Assembly (NCBI GenBank): GCA_030390025.1
Contig: JASTWF010000035.1
Location: forward strand, 2,356,001 to 2,420,000
Reading direction: 5' to 3'
DNA length: 64,000 nucleotides
Source of the DNA: Squalus acanthias
Taxonomy: Eukaryota
Below are positions 1 through 11,910 of the stretch, one piece after another. The position numbers and the translations under genes were made by a program. Numbering within the stretch: the first letter of the stretch is position 1; each line of letters starts with the position of its first letter. Below the pieces are notes generated by a model. It was not told the DNA's origin, did no database searches, and saw nothing but the letters and a program-made list of their open reading frames with translations.

Positions 1-42
1 CCTGGCCTGCTGAGTTTTTCCAGCGTTTTCTGTTGTTATTTC
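1..42 (+). mobile_element. 3' tail of a Penelope-like element (cut by window edge)
   Basis: CCTGGCCTGCTGAGTTTTTCCAGCGTTTTCTGTTGTTATTTC is the reverse complement of 8080-8120 and resembles the tails at 975-1020 and 4890-4945. Confidence 0.6.
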
Positions 43-262
43 CGTTGCTTTTATTGTTGCCCGCCATTAGACGTCACCACGCGTACTGCGCATGCTCAGA
101 GCACGCCCCGGTTCCGCGCCTGCGCAGTGGAATCCTGCAGTCATTGATAGGGCACTTTCTGCCGCGCGGAGGATCCTGGGTAAACACACCGCCATTGAAA
201 CTTCCAATTGGTGAAGAGATCATTCACATTTTCAGATTGGGCCTTTGTGCACTACCTGTAGT

Positions 263-816
263 AACGCAAGCATGCACATTGGAACTTACACTCGATCGAA
301 CGAATGATCGCATGGCGAACGATCAGACGAACGATTCGCGCGAACGCACGCAGGCGCGCACTTAGACAACTGATACGCACGCACGCACTGAGACATACAT
401 AATGGAACTTACGCTCGAACGAACGCTTGAATGAATGATCGAATGATCGAACGGACTGGCGTAAAACAGGTTTTCTTGGTTTATTGGAATAAATGTTATC
501 TATAGCATTTAATTGGATTATGATGGTGCTATGTGTTTGTACACTGGTGTTGAAATGCTTTGTTTTACGTGGAGTTAACTTTGAGATTTATTATTTTAAA
601 TCTAAAAAGTTGTGTGGAATTGCTTAAGGGTATTTGTACTGTAAACATTATTGATTATTTGTAAAAGTAATCATTGCATTTATATTAATTATAAGGCTGT
701 TTTTAAGGCTTTATTTTTTTACTGTGATGGATGAATGTAATGGACTTACTATGTAATGGATTTATTATGTAATTGATGAGTTGTACAGGTATTATTGTTT
801 CTGAATAAAAATATTT
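263..816 (+). mobile_element. TSD-flanked retro-insertion of unknown origin (LINE 3' UTR or retrocopy)
   Basis: Flanked by CACTACCTGTAGT at 250-262 and 817-829; absent at the mirror site (~11285-11300); ends in GAATAAAAATATTT. Confidence 0.75.
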
Positions 817-917
817 CACTACCTGTAGTGGGGTGACATTAAGTTGCCCCATTTTCACTAGACGTGGATATAAACCAATAAGGCAAGTGTCCCAGCACAC
901 CACAAATATCCAGTAAC

Positions 918-954
918 AGTTCTGACGAAGGGCCCTGGACCCGAAACGTTGACT
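918..954 (+). ncRNA. Minimal type I hammerhead ribozyme motif in a ~105-bp Penelope tail fragment (915-1020)
   Basis: AGTT-CTGACGA-A-GGG(CCCTGGA)CCC-GAAA-CGTT-GACT: core CUGANGA, helix II, GAAA, palindromic helix III. Confidence 0.65.
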
Positions 955-1484
955 CTGTTTCTCTCTCCTCGATGCTGCCTGACCTGCTGAGTGTTTCCAA
1001 CATGTTCTGTTGTTATTCCTGTAATAAGTATGTACAATACAGCCACACACACAAATAATAATTAAATCACAATGTGACAGTGAGGATCGATTATCACCTC
1101 ACTGAGCTGCGGTGCCCACCGGCCACTTCAGGTAATGATACAGAGGCTGCAACCTCTCACACTGAAAATACATATGGATTATGGACTTCTCAAGGCCGTA
1201 AAAACACGGCTGGAATTGTGCCGACCTGGCAGGTCCGGTGCGGGCGGTGGCAATGGCGGGTTGTCAGCCTGCTGCTGAAAATGACTTTACGTTAGTCGGA
1301 CCTATTGAGCCCACCCAGCGTGTTACCCGGTCCAATTAAATGATGCGGGTCTGGACTGTTGACATCGTTGATTAAGCGTTTTCAGCCGGGATCTTTAAGG
1401 GGCCATGGCAACATTGGACTTGAATGTCAATGTAACATACTGCTGCCAGTGCACTACAGCATTGGAGTGCTGGAAACACTGACA

Positions 1485-3010
1485 ATGACTGCACAGAGGC
1501 AGAGTGCTGCACCCAGGTTGTCTGAGGACTCATCTCCATATGCTTATGAAGGGAGTCAAAGCATTCAGGGTGGTCCTCTTCTCTTCTAATGGACAGATGT
1601 GAGCACCCCAGGACACTAAAACAGCCTGGTTGGAGATTGCAGAGGGGGTCACCAGCAGGGATGTTGTCAGCAAGACCTTGGTGCAGTGCCGCAAACGTTT
1701 CAATGATTTCATTAGATCAGGAAACGTGAGTACAAAGCCACACTCACCTTCATCTTGCTATGCCTCTCATCATACACCTATCACTCTGCCTTCCCAACCC
1801 TACCCCTGCACATTCTTACTCACACCAACATACCTTGCACGTCCACCCGTCCCTCTCTTTCTATTTACATTATCACATCCCCATCTCAATAGCCATCCCT
1901 CACACTCACACTCACCCTTGTGCAATCATACCAACTAACAACACACAAGGAGCCACTTGTATTTGGCACCCCACTCCATCATAGTCACCCTCTAAATATC
2001 TACCACATCCATTCCTTACATTCATTCCATCAGTCTCACTCAAACTTCTCTTTTTTCCCTCCTTGCAGGAAAAGAGAGCCCACAATAACAGGGAGAAGGG
2101 GTGAACCGGCGGTGGCACCCAATCATTTGCAAACCTTACAATAGCAGAGGAGGCTGCTTTAGAAATATCTGGAGTCGCTGAGCAGCTGGAGGTGGGAGAT
2201 GGAGCGAGGGGGACTTCTCAGCAACCTGGTGACAGAATTACTTATCATACAGCAACATGGCATACATCCATCACTCAAATGGGCACTGATCTCACTGAAT
2301 GGTCATCATGTGCATAATGGTACCTGTACTCATTCTTCATATGACATATCTAACTCATATCTTCACTCTCCCACAGGTCCATCAAGAGTTCCCCCCTCCA
2401 ATGTCCAGGAGGAAGAGGAAGATGACTCCTCAGAGGAGCCTTCAGCCGCTGAGGTTGCAACATTACAAGACATCGATAGAGTAGTGTTGTCAACTGGTGT
2501 CTCCCAACTCACAAGTGTGCAAGAGCAGATGGTGGAGAGAGGCAGAGCAGTGGAGACTCCTTGCCAGAGGGTGCAGGAGGCTCCCAGCTCCGCTCAGTTG
2601 CATGCAGACGGTGAGCCTCGGGGACCATCCAGAAAGAGGGCGATCCTGGAGGAGCAGCAAGAAGTGCAGGGGGCTCTGACAGGTATTGCGAGCGCGATGT
2701 CTGCAAATGTTCAGAGAATGGAGGAATCCATCTCCAACATGAGCACCACCTTGTGACAGGCGATGGATAGGATAGGCAGCTACATGGAGCAGCTAATGCG
2801 CCACTCAGAGGAGCACATGGTCTTTATGGAGGATAGATGGCTATTTATAGAGAATAGATGGCAGAGGCTCATAGATCTCCTCTCTAACAGGGATGTCAGC
2901 ATAGACGTGGGTCCTCATGGCCTCACTGCTGTGCAACAAGGTGCTCTACACCTCCTTGGCAGCAGGGAAGAGAGCAGGCTGCCTTTACCTCTGCTGAAGC
3001 CACAGGGCTA
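1485..3010 (+). pseudogene. Degenerate Harbinger-type Myb/SANT (trihelix-like) gene, 3 exons (1485-1725, 2069-~2228, 2377-~3010), in a decayed Harbinger at ~1207-4850
   Basis: MTAQRQSAAPRLS...AWLEIAEGVTSRDVVSKTLVQCRKRFNDFIR motif; GTGAGT donor at 1726, TTGCAG and CCACAG acceptors; same exon layout as 36720-38488; contains stops and frameshifts. Confidence 0.8.
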
Positions 3011-3022
3011 TCTCCTCGTAGA

Positions 3023-3879
3023 TGCATGCAGAAGAGAAAGATGACACAGAAGTTTAAGAGCTTTATGATCTCTCAGAGTTCTTGGACAAGACACCAATAG
3101 GCAGCAGCCAGTATGTTTGATCAATAGATCAAGATTTATTAAGCTTACAGCGTAATAGACTGAACAGCAGGCGATAATTTAACGAGTAGCTCACAGCCCT
3201 TGGACACTGGAACCTCTCGGACACAAGTGACGTCGTCTTCAGTCTGTTCCTTTGTTCTTGCAGTAGGTCTGTGTAAAGTTGTTTTTCGAGTTTTCAGGTT
3301 TTAACCCATTTCTTATCAAAAGTTCGTTTGGGCATTGTCCATATATGGACTTTAACAAAATCACCTATTTTAATTGGTTCTAATGATCAAAACACCATTG
3401 CCACTCAGGCTAAGTTTTGCATCTTGGCCTCACCTTTCTAGTATTTATCCTACAACTTTTTCCTGTTCATCGTCATCTTGATAATAGTTCTTCACCCCAT
3501 TGGAATTGACCTTATCTCTCACATTTCTAGCTTCCCTGGTACAGGCAGTACAAGGCCTCATAAACTGCGTAAGCTGCGATACTGTCCGTTATCAGAGCCA
3601 GTCTTGACTAGTCCTGGCTGTCTTTGCAGTTACATTTGGAGCAAGCCTCAGCAATTTATACACAAGTCATTACAGGTCACACTGAATATAGATATTTGGT
3701 TAATGTGAAGTTCACTATTCTACACTCACACTTATACATGTTATTACTAAAATCATCCAAGTATCAGTCTTTTCTACACAAGTATAATTCACAAGGGTAG
3801 CCACTTGCGTGATTTATCGAATGTTTATGTAAAGTTTCCATTAATGTGCTCTCAAACATCAAAATCCATATTTTCAACA
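3023..3879 (-). mobile_element. Possible solo LTR (mirror copy 7772-9077 on +)
   Basis: Starts TGTTGA and ends TGCA on minus; AT-rich; AATAAA about 115 nt before the 3' end; CRE-like TGACGTC; no clear TSD. Confidence 0.4.
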
Positions 3880-4050
3880 CTTTCCGGTCTTGGACAGATG
3901 TGTGTGCACCTTTGCAAGTGGATTAATGAGTTGCAGTGAATGGTGGGACATAACGGTACCTCCAGCAATGGTGGTGAGTGTGAAAGGAATGGATTGGTCA
4001 TTGCAGGGATGCTTTACGGTGTTGCTGTGGGGTGGTGCCAACCTGGAGCA

Positions 4051-4296
4051 TCATCTGGCATCTGCAAGGGTGTTCAGCGTCAAGTGAAGTAAATCTGGCC
4101 ATGGTGAGGCCAGACCTGGCCTGCCGGACAGCAATGTTCTCGGGTGTTGATGCGCTTTGTCCTCTGCAGCATCAAGTGATTGCAGGGAAGGTTGGTGTTG
4201 TTGTTGGTGCTGCTGGTGTGCCTGGTACTGCTGGTGTTGGGGCTCATCGTGATCAGATTCTGAGGACCAAGGTGAGACAGTATAAACGGCATCCAT
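4051..4296 (-). pseudogene. Possible N-terminal remnant of the Harbinger transposase gene facing the Myb gene
   Basis: MDAVYTVSPWSSESDHDEPQHQQ... low-complexity N-terminus, convergent to the Myb gene as in Harbinger; no DDE motifs remain. Confidence 0.35.
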
Positions 4297-4866
4297 GCTG
4301 ATGGAATAGATGGCAGGTGAAGTAGAGATGACAGAAGCAATCTGTCAATAGTGAGAGAGGATCTCCCAATTAGGTGACACTGGATGGAGACTTTGCTGGA
4401 AAGACTGCAGCCTGCAGAATCTGTGCTGGGAATGCAGTGAGAAACAGCTTCTGCTGAGGAAAGTGATCATCAATCAGGTGGGAGTATTTATACTATATTT
4501 GATGCTGACAAGTAATCAGCTGGAGCAATGGCCACTGAACTCCTGCCTCAGGTTGGCAGACGTGGTTCCCGAGCAGCGTGCACCCCGTGGTCATCCATTT
4601 CAATTTAAAAGGTAAGGTTAAAACCAGTCTTAAAGGTCTGACAGCTAACTATTAATAATTTAAACAGAAAATGCTGGAAATACTGATTTTCTGGGGTGGT
4701 AGCGGGCGTGATCGGAGGCGGGTCCGGTGGGAAAGTTGTTATTTCTGTGAACGGCTCGGGACCCCACTGTCATCCCTCTCCCACGCGCCTGTCCCCCAGG
4801 TGCGTCTGTCAGCGTGGATCCGACCTGACTGGCAGAGGCGGGCGACCCAATTTCAATTATTAGTAC

Positions 4867-6915
4867 AAAAGCAAAATACTGCGGATGCTGGAAATCTGAA
4901 GTAAAAATAGAAAATGCTGGAAGTACTCAGCAGGTCAGGCAGCATTTGTGGAGAGAGAAACAAATTTAATGTTTCAGGTCGATGAACCTTCGTCAGAACT
5001 GGAAAAAGTTGGATTGGAACTGGTTTTTAAGTCATTGTAGGGGCAGGGAAAGGGGGGAGGGGAGGAAAGAACAAATGTGAAGGTCTGTGATAGGATGCAA
5101 GGCAGGAGAGATTAAGAGAAAAAAGGGATGGTGCAAGGCAAAAGGAGATGGTATTGGGACAAATTAAGAAACAAAAGATGACTCTAGATGAAGTGTAAAT
5201 GGCAATGACAGAATGATCAACAGCTGTCATGTGAGAGAGAGAAAAAAATGAAAAAAATGATAGGGGCAGAGGTTATGGTCTGAAATTGTTGAACTCAATG
5301 TTGAGTCCAGAAAGCTGTAAAGTGCCTAATCGAAAGATGAGGTGCTGATCCTTGAGCTTACGTTGAGCTTCATTGAAACAGTAGAAGAGGCCGAGAACGG
5401 AGAGGTCAGAGTGGGAGTGGGGCGGAGAATTAATGTGACAGGCGACAGGAAGCTCGGGATCACCCTTACTGACTGCAGGGAGGTGTTCCGCAAAGCGGTC
5501 ACCCAATGTGGGTTTGATCTCCCCAGTGTACAGGCTTGCATGGAAGCTGCCGTGGGAAGTGCAGCGGGTTGTTGGGGGTGATAGAGGAGTGGGCCAGGAT
5601 GTTTTGGAGAGTGTATTCCCTTTGGAATGCTGAAAGGGATCACGCTGGAGGTGGCGGAAATGGCGGAGGATGATCTGTTGAATGTGGAGGCTGGTGGGGT
5701 GAAAGATGAGGACAAGGGGAACCCTATCGTGGTTCCAGGAGGGAGGGAAAGGGGTGAGAGCAGAAGTGCGGGAAATAGAACGGACACGGTCAAGGGCCGT
5801 GTCAACCACAGTAGAGCGGAATCCTCGGTTGTTGAAAAAGGAAGACATGTCGGAAGCACCAGTATGGAAGGTGGCATCGTCAGAGCAGATGCAGAGGAGA
5901 CAGAGAATTTGGGAGAATGGAATAGAGTCCTTACAGGAAGTGGGGTGTGAGGAAGTGTAGTCCAGGTAGCTGTGGGAGTCAGTGGGCTTACAGTGAATGT
6001 TTGTTAATAACCTATCCCCAGGGATGGAGACGGAGAAGTCAAGGAAGGGAAGGGAGAGCCACAGATGGACCATGTGAAGGTGAGGGAAGGGTGGAGATTG
6101 GAAGCAAAAGGAATGACATTTTCTAGTTCAGGGCGAGAGCAGGAAACAGCACCGATACAGTTATCAATGTACCAGAAAAAGAGGTGAGGGCGGGGACCTG
6201 AGTAGGACTGGAACAAAGAATGTCCACATATCCCATGAAAAGGCAGGCATAGCTAGCACCCATGTGGGTTTCCATAGCAACACCTTTAATTTGGAGGAAG
6301 TGACTGGAGTCAAAGGAGAAGTTGTTCAATGTGAGAAGAAGTTCAGCCAGGCGGAGGAGGGTGGTGGTGGATCGGGACTGGTTGGGCCTCTTTTCAAGGA
6401 AGAAACGGAGCGCCCTCAGGCCGTCCTGGTGGGGGATGGAGGTGCATAGGGATTGGACATCCATCGTGAAAAGGAGACGGTTGGGGCCAGGAAACTGTTA
6501 AAGTGGCAGTGGGCGTCGGAAGAGTTGCGGATGTAGGTGGGAAGAGACTGAACAAGGGGAGAAAAAATAGAGTCGAGATAGGAAGAGTTACGTTCCGTGG
6601 GGCAAGGACAGGCTGAACCGATGCGTCTACCAGGAGACCTGTTTGTAGATCTGGGGCAGGAGGTAGAAGAGGGCTGTGCGGGGTTGGGGAATTATGAGAC
6701 TGGCGGCCGTGGAGGGAAGATCTCCAGAGGAGATGAGGCCAGTGACAGTCTAGGAAATGGTGGCTTGATGTTCGGTGGTGGGGCCATTGTCCAGGCGGAG
6801 GTCGGAGGAGGAGGTGTCGGAGATTGGCGTTCAGCCTCCGCACGGTAGAGGTCGGTTCGCCAAACAACAGCAGCACCACCCTTGTCAGCAGGTTTAATGA
6901 CAATGTTGGGGTTTG
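4867..6915 (-). mobile_element. Penelope-like retroelement (RT + GIY-YIG), 5'-truncated, frameshifted
   Basis: MDVQSLCTSIPH, GVAMETHMGASYACLFMG, FWYIDNC, FLDFSV, KPTDSHSYL...SSHP, YTGEIK...RFAEH, LGTL...GLNIE motifs; characteristic 3' tail. Confidence 0.92.
4963..5000 (-). ncRNA. Degenerate minimal hammerhead ribozyme in the PLE 3' region
   Basis: Minus strand AGTT-CTGACGA-AGGT(TCATCG)ACCT-GAAA-CATT-AAAT; helix III and helix I are mutated. Confidence 0.55.
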
Positions 6916-6917
6916 GA

Positions 6918-7273
6918 TCTCATAGACTCATAGACTCATAGAAGATAGAAGAAGGAGTAGGCCATTCGGCCCCTCTAGCCTGCTCTGCCATTCAATGCGA
7001 TCATGGCTGATTATCCAAATTCAGTACCCTGTCCCTGCTTTCTCCCCATATCCCTTGATCCCTTTAGCATTATGAAATATATCCAACTCCTTGAATCTAT
7101 TTAATTAATTGCCCTCTACTGCCTTCTGTGGCAGAGAATTCCACAGGTTCACCAATCATTGGGTGAAGAAATTCCTCCTCATTTCTGTCCTAACTGGCTT
7201 ACCCCTTATCCTTAGACTGTGACCCCTGGTTCTGGACTCCCCGACCATCGGAAACATCCTTCCTGCATCTAGT
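6918..7273 (-). mobile_element. CR1 LINE 3' fragment
   Basis: (CTATGAGT)n tail and GGCCGAATGGCCTACTCC 3' UTR, same subfamily as 46440-46772. Confidence 0.9.
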
Positions 7274-8043
7274 TGGTCTTTCCAGCAAAGTCTCCATCCA
7301 GTGTCACCTCATTGGAGGAACCTCTCCCACATTGACAGATTGCTTCTGTCATCTCTACTTCACCTGCCATCTATTCCATCAGCATGGATGCCGTTTATAC
7401 TGTCTCACCTTGGTCCTCAGCAGCGCCAGGCACACCAGCAGCACCAACAACACCACCAACCTTCTCCGCAATCACTTGATGCTGCAGAGGACAGAGCGCA
7501 TCAGCACCCGAGCACATTGCTGCCCGGCAGGACAGGGCTGGCCTCACCATGGCCAGATCTACTTCACTTGACGCTGTTCACCCTTGCAGCTGCCAGATGA
7601 TGCTCCAGGTTGGCACCATCCCAGAGCAACACCGTAAAGCATCCCTGCAATGACCAAGCCATTCCTTTCACACTCACCACCATTGTGGGAGGTACCGTTA
7701 TGTCCCACCATTCACTGCAACTCTTTAATCCACTAGCGAAGGTGCACACAGATCTGTCCAAGACCGGAAAGTGTTGACAATATGAATTTTTATATTTGAC
7801 AGTACATTAACGGAAACTTTACATTAACATTCGATAAAACCCCCAAGTGGCTACCCTTTTGAATTATATGTGTGTACAAAAGACTGATACTTGGATATTT
7901 TTAGTAATAACATGTATAAGTGAATAGTGAACGTCACATTAACCAAATATCAATATTCAGTATCACCTGTAATGACTTGTGCATAAATTGCTAAGGCTTG
8001 CTTCAAATGTTACTGCAAAGACAGCCAGGACTAGTCAAGACTA

Positions 8044-8490
8044 ATACGATAGCAAAATACTGCAGATGCTGGAAATCCGAAATAACAACAGAAAACGCTG
8101 GAAAAACTCAGCAGGCCAGGCAGCATCCGTAGAGAGAGAAAGAGAGTTGACGTTTCAGGTCGATGACCTTTCATCAGAACTGGGAAGAGCTGGAAATCAA
8201 ATAGATTTAAGGCCAGGGTAAAGCTGGGAAAAGGGGGAGGGGATAAAGGAACAAAGGAGGAGATGAAGAGACATTAAGAGACATTAAGAGATATGCAAGG
8301 CTAGAGGTGGTGTTAATGTGACAGATTAAGGCTGAATGAAGTGTGAAATCCACTGGCAGAATGAAGGACAGCTGCCAGCTTCTAGGAGGAAAAAAAAAAG
8401 GTGGGGGGGACAAATAAAAGGGTGGATAAAATAAAATATAAATGTGATTGGAGCTGAGGTTATGATCTAAAATTGTTGAACTCGATGTTG
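8044..8490 (-). mobile_element. Penelope-like 3' fragment, private to the right arm
   Basis: Similar to 4867-5305; flanked by AGTCAAGACTA at 8033-8043 and 8491-8501; empty site at ~3595-3615. Confidence 0.85.
8145..8181 (-). ncRNA. Minimal type I hammerhead ribozyme with canonical GUC triplet
   Basis: Minus strand AGUU-CUGAUGA-A-AGGUC(AUC)GACCU-GAAA-C-GUC-AACU. Confidence 0.8.
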
Positions 8491-11160
8491 AGTCAAGACT
8501 AGCTCTGATAACGGACAGTATCGCAGCTTACGCAGTTTATGAGGCCTTGTACTGCCTGTACCAGTGAAGCTAGAAATGAGAGATATAAGGTCAATTCCAA
8601 TGTGGTGAATAACTATAAACAAGATGACGATGAACAGGGTAAAGTTGTAGGAAAAATACGGGAAAGGTGAGGCCAGGATGCTAAACTTAGTCTGAGTGAC
8701 AATGGTGTTTTGATCATTAGAGCCAATTAAAATAGGTGATTTTGTTAAAGACCATATATGGACAATACCCGCATGAACTTTTGATAAGATATGGGTTAAA
8801 ACCTTGATACTCGAATAACAACTTTACACAGACCTACTGCAAGAACAAAGGAACAGACTGAAGATGACGTCACTTGTGTCCGAGAGGTTCCAGAGTCCAA
8901 GGGCTGCGAGCTACTCGTTAAACTATCGCCCTGCTGTTCAGTCTATTACGCTGTAAGCTTAATAAATCTTCATCGATTGCTCAAACATACTGGCTGCTGC
9001 CTATTGCTGTCTTGTCCAAGAACTCTCAGAGATCATAAAGATCTTAGATTGTGTTTCATCTTTTTCTTCTGCATGCATCTACGAGGAGCTAGCCCTGTGG
9101 CTTCAGCAGAGGTAGAGGCAGCCTGCTCACTTCCCTGCTGCCAAGCAGGTGTAGAGCACCTTGTTGCACAGCAGTGAGGCCATGAGGACCCACGTCTATG
9201 CTGACATCCCTGTTAGAGAGGAGATCTATGAGCCTCTGCCATCTATTCTCTATACATAGCCATCTATCTTCCATAAAGACCATGTGCTCCTCTGAGTGGC
9301 GCATTAGCTGCTCCATGTAGCTGCCCATCCTATCCATGGAGGAGCCTACAGTCACCATCGCCTGTGACAAGGTGGTGCTCATGTTGGAGACGGGCTCCTC
9401 CATTCTCTGAAAATTTGCAGACATCGCGCTCGCAATACCTGTCAGAGCCCCCTGCACTTCTTGCTGCATCTCCAGGGTCGCCCTCTTTCTAGATGGCCCC
9501 CGAGGCTCAGCGTCTGCATGCAGCTGAGCAGAGCTGGGAGCGTCCTGCGCCCTCTAGCAAGGAGACTCCACTGCTCTCCCTCTCTCCACCATCTGCTCTT
9601 GCACACTTGTGAGTTGGGAGACACCAGTTGACAACACTACTCTATCTATGTCTTGTGATGGTGCACCCTCAGCGGCTGAAGGCTCCTCTGAGGAGTCATC
9701 TTCCTCTTCCTCCTGGACATTGGAGGGGGGGAACTCTTGATGGACCTGTGGAGAGTGAAGATATGAGTTAGATATGTCATATGAAGAATGGGTACAGATA
9801 CCATTATGCACATGATGACCATTCAGTGAGATCAGTGCCCATTTGAGTGATGGATGTATGCCATGTTGCTGTATGATATGTAATTCTGTCACCAGGTTGC
9901 TGAGATGTCCCCCTCGCTCCATCTCCCACCTCCAGCTGCTCAGCGACTCCAGATATTTCTAAAGCAGCCTCCTCTGCTATTGTAAGGTTTGCAAATGATG
10001 GAGTGCCACCGCCGGTTCACCCCTTCTCCCTGTTATTGTGGGCTCTCTTTTCCTGCAAGGAGGGAAAAAAGAGAAGTTTGAGTGAGACTGATGGAATGAA
10101 TGTAAGGAATGGATGTGGTAGATATTTAGAGGGTGACTATGATGGAGTGGGGTGCCAAATACAAGTGGCCTCCTTGTGTGTTGTTAGTTGGTATGATTGC
10201 ACAAGGGTGAGTGTGAGGGGTGGCTATTGAGATGGGGATGTGATAATGTAAATAGAAAGAGAGGGACGGGTGGACGTGCAAGGTATGTTGGTGTGAGTAA
10301 GAATGTGCAGGGGTAGGGTTGGGAAGGCAGAGTGATGGGGGTGTGATGAGAGGCATAGCAAGATGAAGGTGAGTGTGGCTTTGTACTCACGTTTCCTGAT
10401 CTAATGAGATCATTGAAACGTTTGCGGCACTGCACCCAGGTCTTGCTGACAACATCCCTGCTGGTGACCCCCTCTGCAATCTCCAACCAGGCTGTTTTAG
10501 TGTCCTGGGGAGGTCACATCCGTCCATTGGAAGAGAAGAGGACCACCCTGAATGCTTTGACTCCCTTCATAAGCATATGGAGGGAGCCATCAGACAACCT
10601 GGGTGCAGCCCTCTGCCTCTGTGCAGTCATTGTCAGTGTTTGCAGCACTCCAATGCTGTAGTGCACTGACAGCAGTATGTTACATTGACATTCAAGTCCA
10701 ATGTGGCCATGGCCCCTTAAAGATCCCGGCTGAAAACGCTTAATCAACGATGTCAACAGTCCAGACCCGCATCATTTAATTGGACCGGGTAACACGCTGG
10801 GTGGGCTCAATAGGTCCGACTAACGTAAAGTCATTTTCAGCAGCGGGCTGACGACCCGCCATTGCCACCGCCCGCACCGGACCTGCCAGGTAGGCACAAT
10901 TCCAGCCGTGTTTTTACGGCCTTGAGGAGTCCATGATCCATATGTATTTTCAGTGTGAGAGGTTGCAGCCTCTGTATCATTACCTGAAGTGGCCGGTGGG
11001 CACCGCAGCTCAGTGAGGTGATAATCGATCCTCACTGTCACATTGTGATTTAATTATTGTTTGTGTGTGTGGCTGTATTGTACATACTTATTACAGGAAT
11101 AACAACAGAACATGTTGGAAACACTCAGCAGGTCAGGCAGCATCGAGGAGAGAGAAACAG

Positions 11161-11197
11161 AGTCAACGTTTCGGGTCCAGGGCCCTTCGTCAGAACT
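11161..11197 (-). ncRNA. Mirror copy of the 918-954 hammerhead motif
   Basis: Exact reverse complement of 918-954. Confidence 0.65.
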
Positions 11198-11374
11198 GTT
11201 ACTGGATATTTGTGGTGTGCTGGGACACTTGCCTTATTGGTTTATGTCCACGTCTAGTGAAAATGGGGCAACTTAATGTCACCCCCTACAGGTAGTGAAC
11301 AAAGGCCCAATCTGAAAATGTGAATGATCTCTTCACCAATTGGAACTTTCAATGGCGGTGTGTTTACCCAGGAT

Positions 11375-11895
11375 CCGCCGCGCGGCAGAAAGTGCCCTAT
11401 CAATGACTGCAGGATTCCACTGCGCAGGCGCGGGACCGGGGCGTGCTCTGAGCATGCGCAGTACGCGTGGTGACGTCAAGAGTAATGGCGGACAACAATA
11501 AAAGCAGCGGGCAGAGAGAATCAGAGCGAACGGTTCAGGTCATTTTCTGTTGTACTAATGGCCGAAAAGGCGGCTCGAGAGGCGGGAAGTCATTGTGGGG
11601 GCCGGGGAGGAATAGGCGCCGCGGCGGGGCTGGGGAGCTTCAAAAACACCGGGCGTAGGGCTCAGGCCCCGAATAAGACGCCGCGGGTGCCGTGTTTGCG
11701 CCGCGGCGCCAGGCCCGGCCGCCGGGTTGAGCGGGTGACTGTCCGCCCGTTTGCGAGAGGATTTCTCCGCGGCGAGAGGCCCGGGTTACCCCGGCAACCG
11801 GCCGCCATCTTGGTGAAGGAAGGCGGGACTTGTCCCCGCGCCGCCATCTTGGACAGGGCGGGATCAGGGCGCATGCGCCGCCCACTCCCAGAGCA
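11375..11895. promoter_or_regulatory. CpG-island promoter
   Basis: CpG-dense; CRE TGACGTCA 11471-11478; NRF1-like GCATGCGC at ~11452 and 11869-11878; YY1-like GCCGCCATCTTG at 11801 and 11840; AATGGCGG at 11484. Confidence 0.75.
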
Positions 11896-11910
11896 GGTGC
11901 AGCAGAAGCT

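Larger units (their letters stand above)
42..4405 (+). repeat. Left arm of a large inverted duplication
   Basis: Reverse-complement match to 7276-11510 throughout; mirrored ORFs, e.g. 1074..1295(+) vs 10820..11041(-) and 1630..1938(+) vs 10184..10486(-). Confidence 0.95.
7276..11510 (-). repeat. Right arm of the inverted duplication (contains mirror Myb pseudogene 9089-10630)
   Basis: Reverse complement of 42-4405, with scattered substitutions and indels. Confidence 0.95.

Noticed and set aside
42..11510. Palindrome as an assembly fold-back or a giant-TIR transposon
   Set aside because: Arms are diverged and carry independent insertions; they comprise mixed host and TE pieces with no terminal TSD or internal transposase
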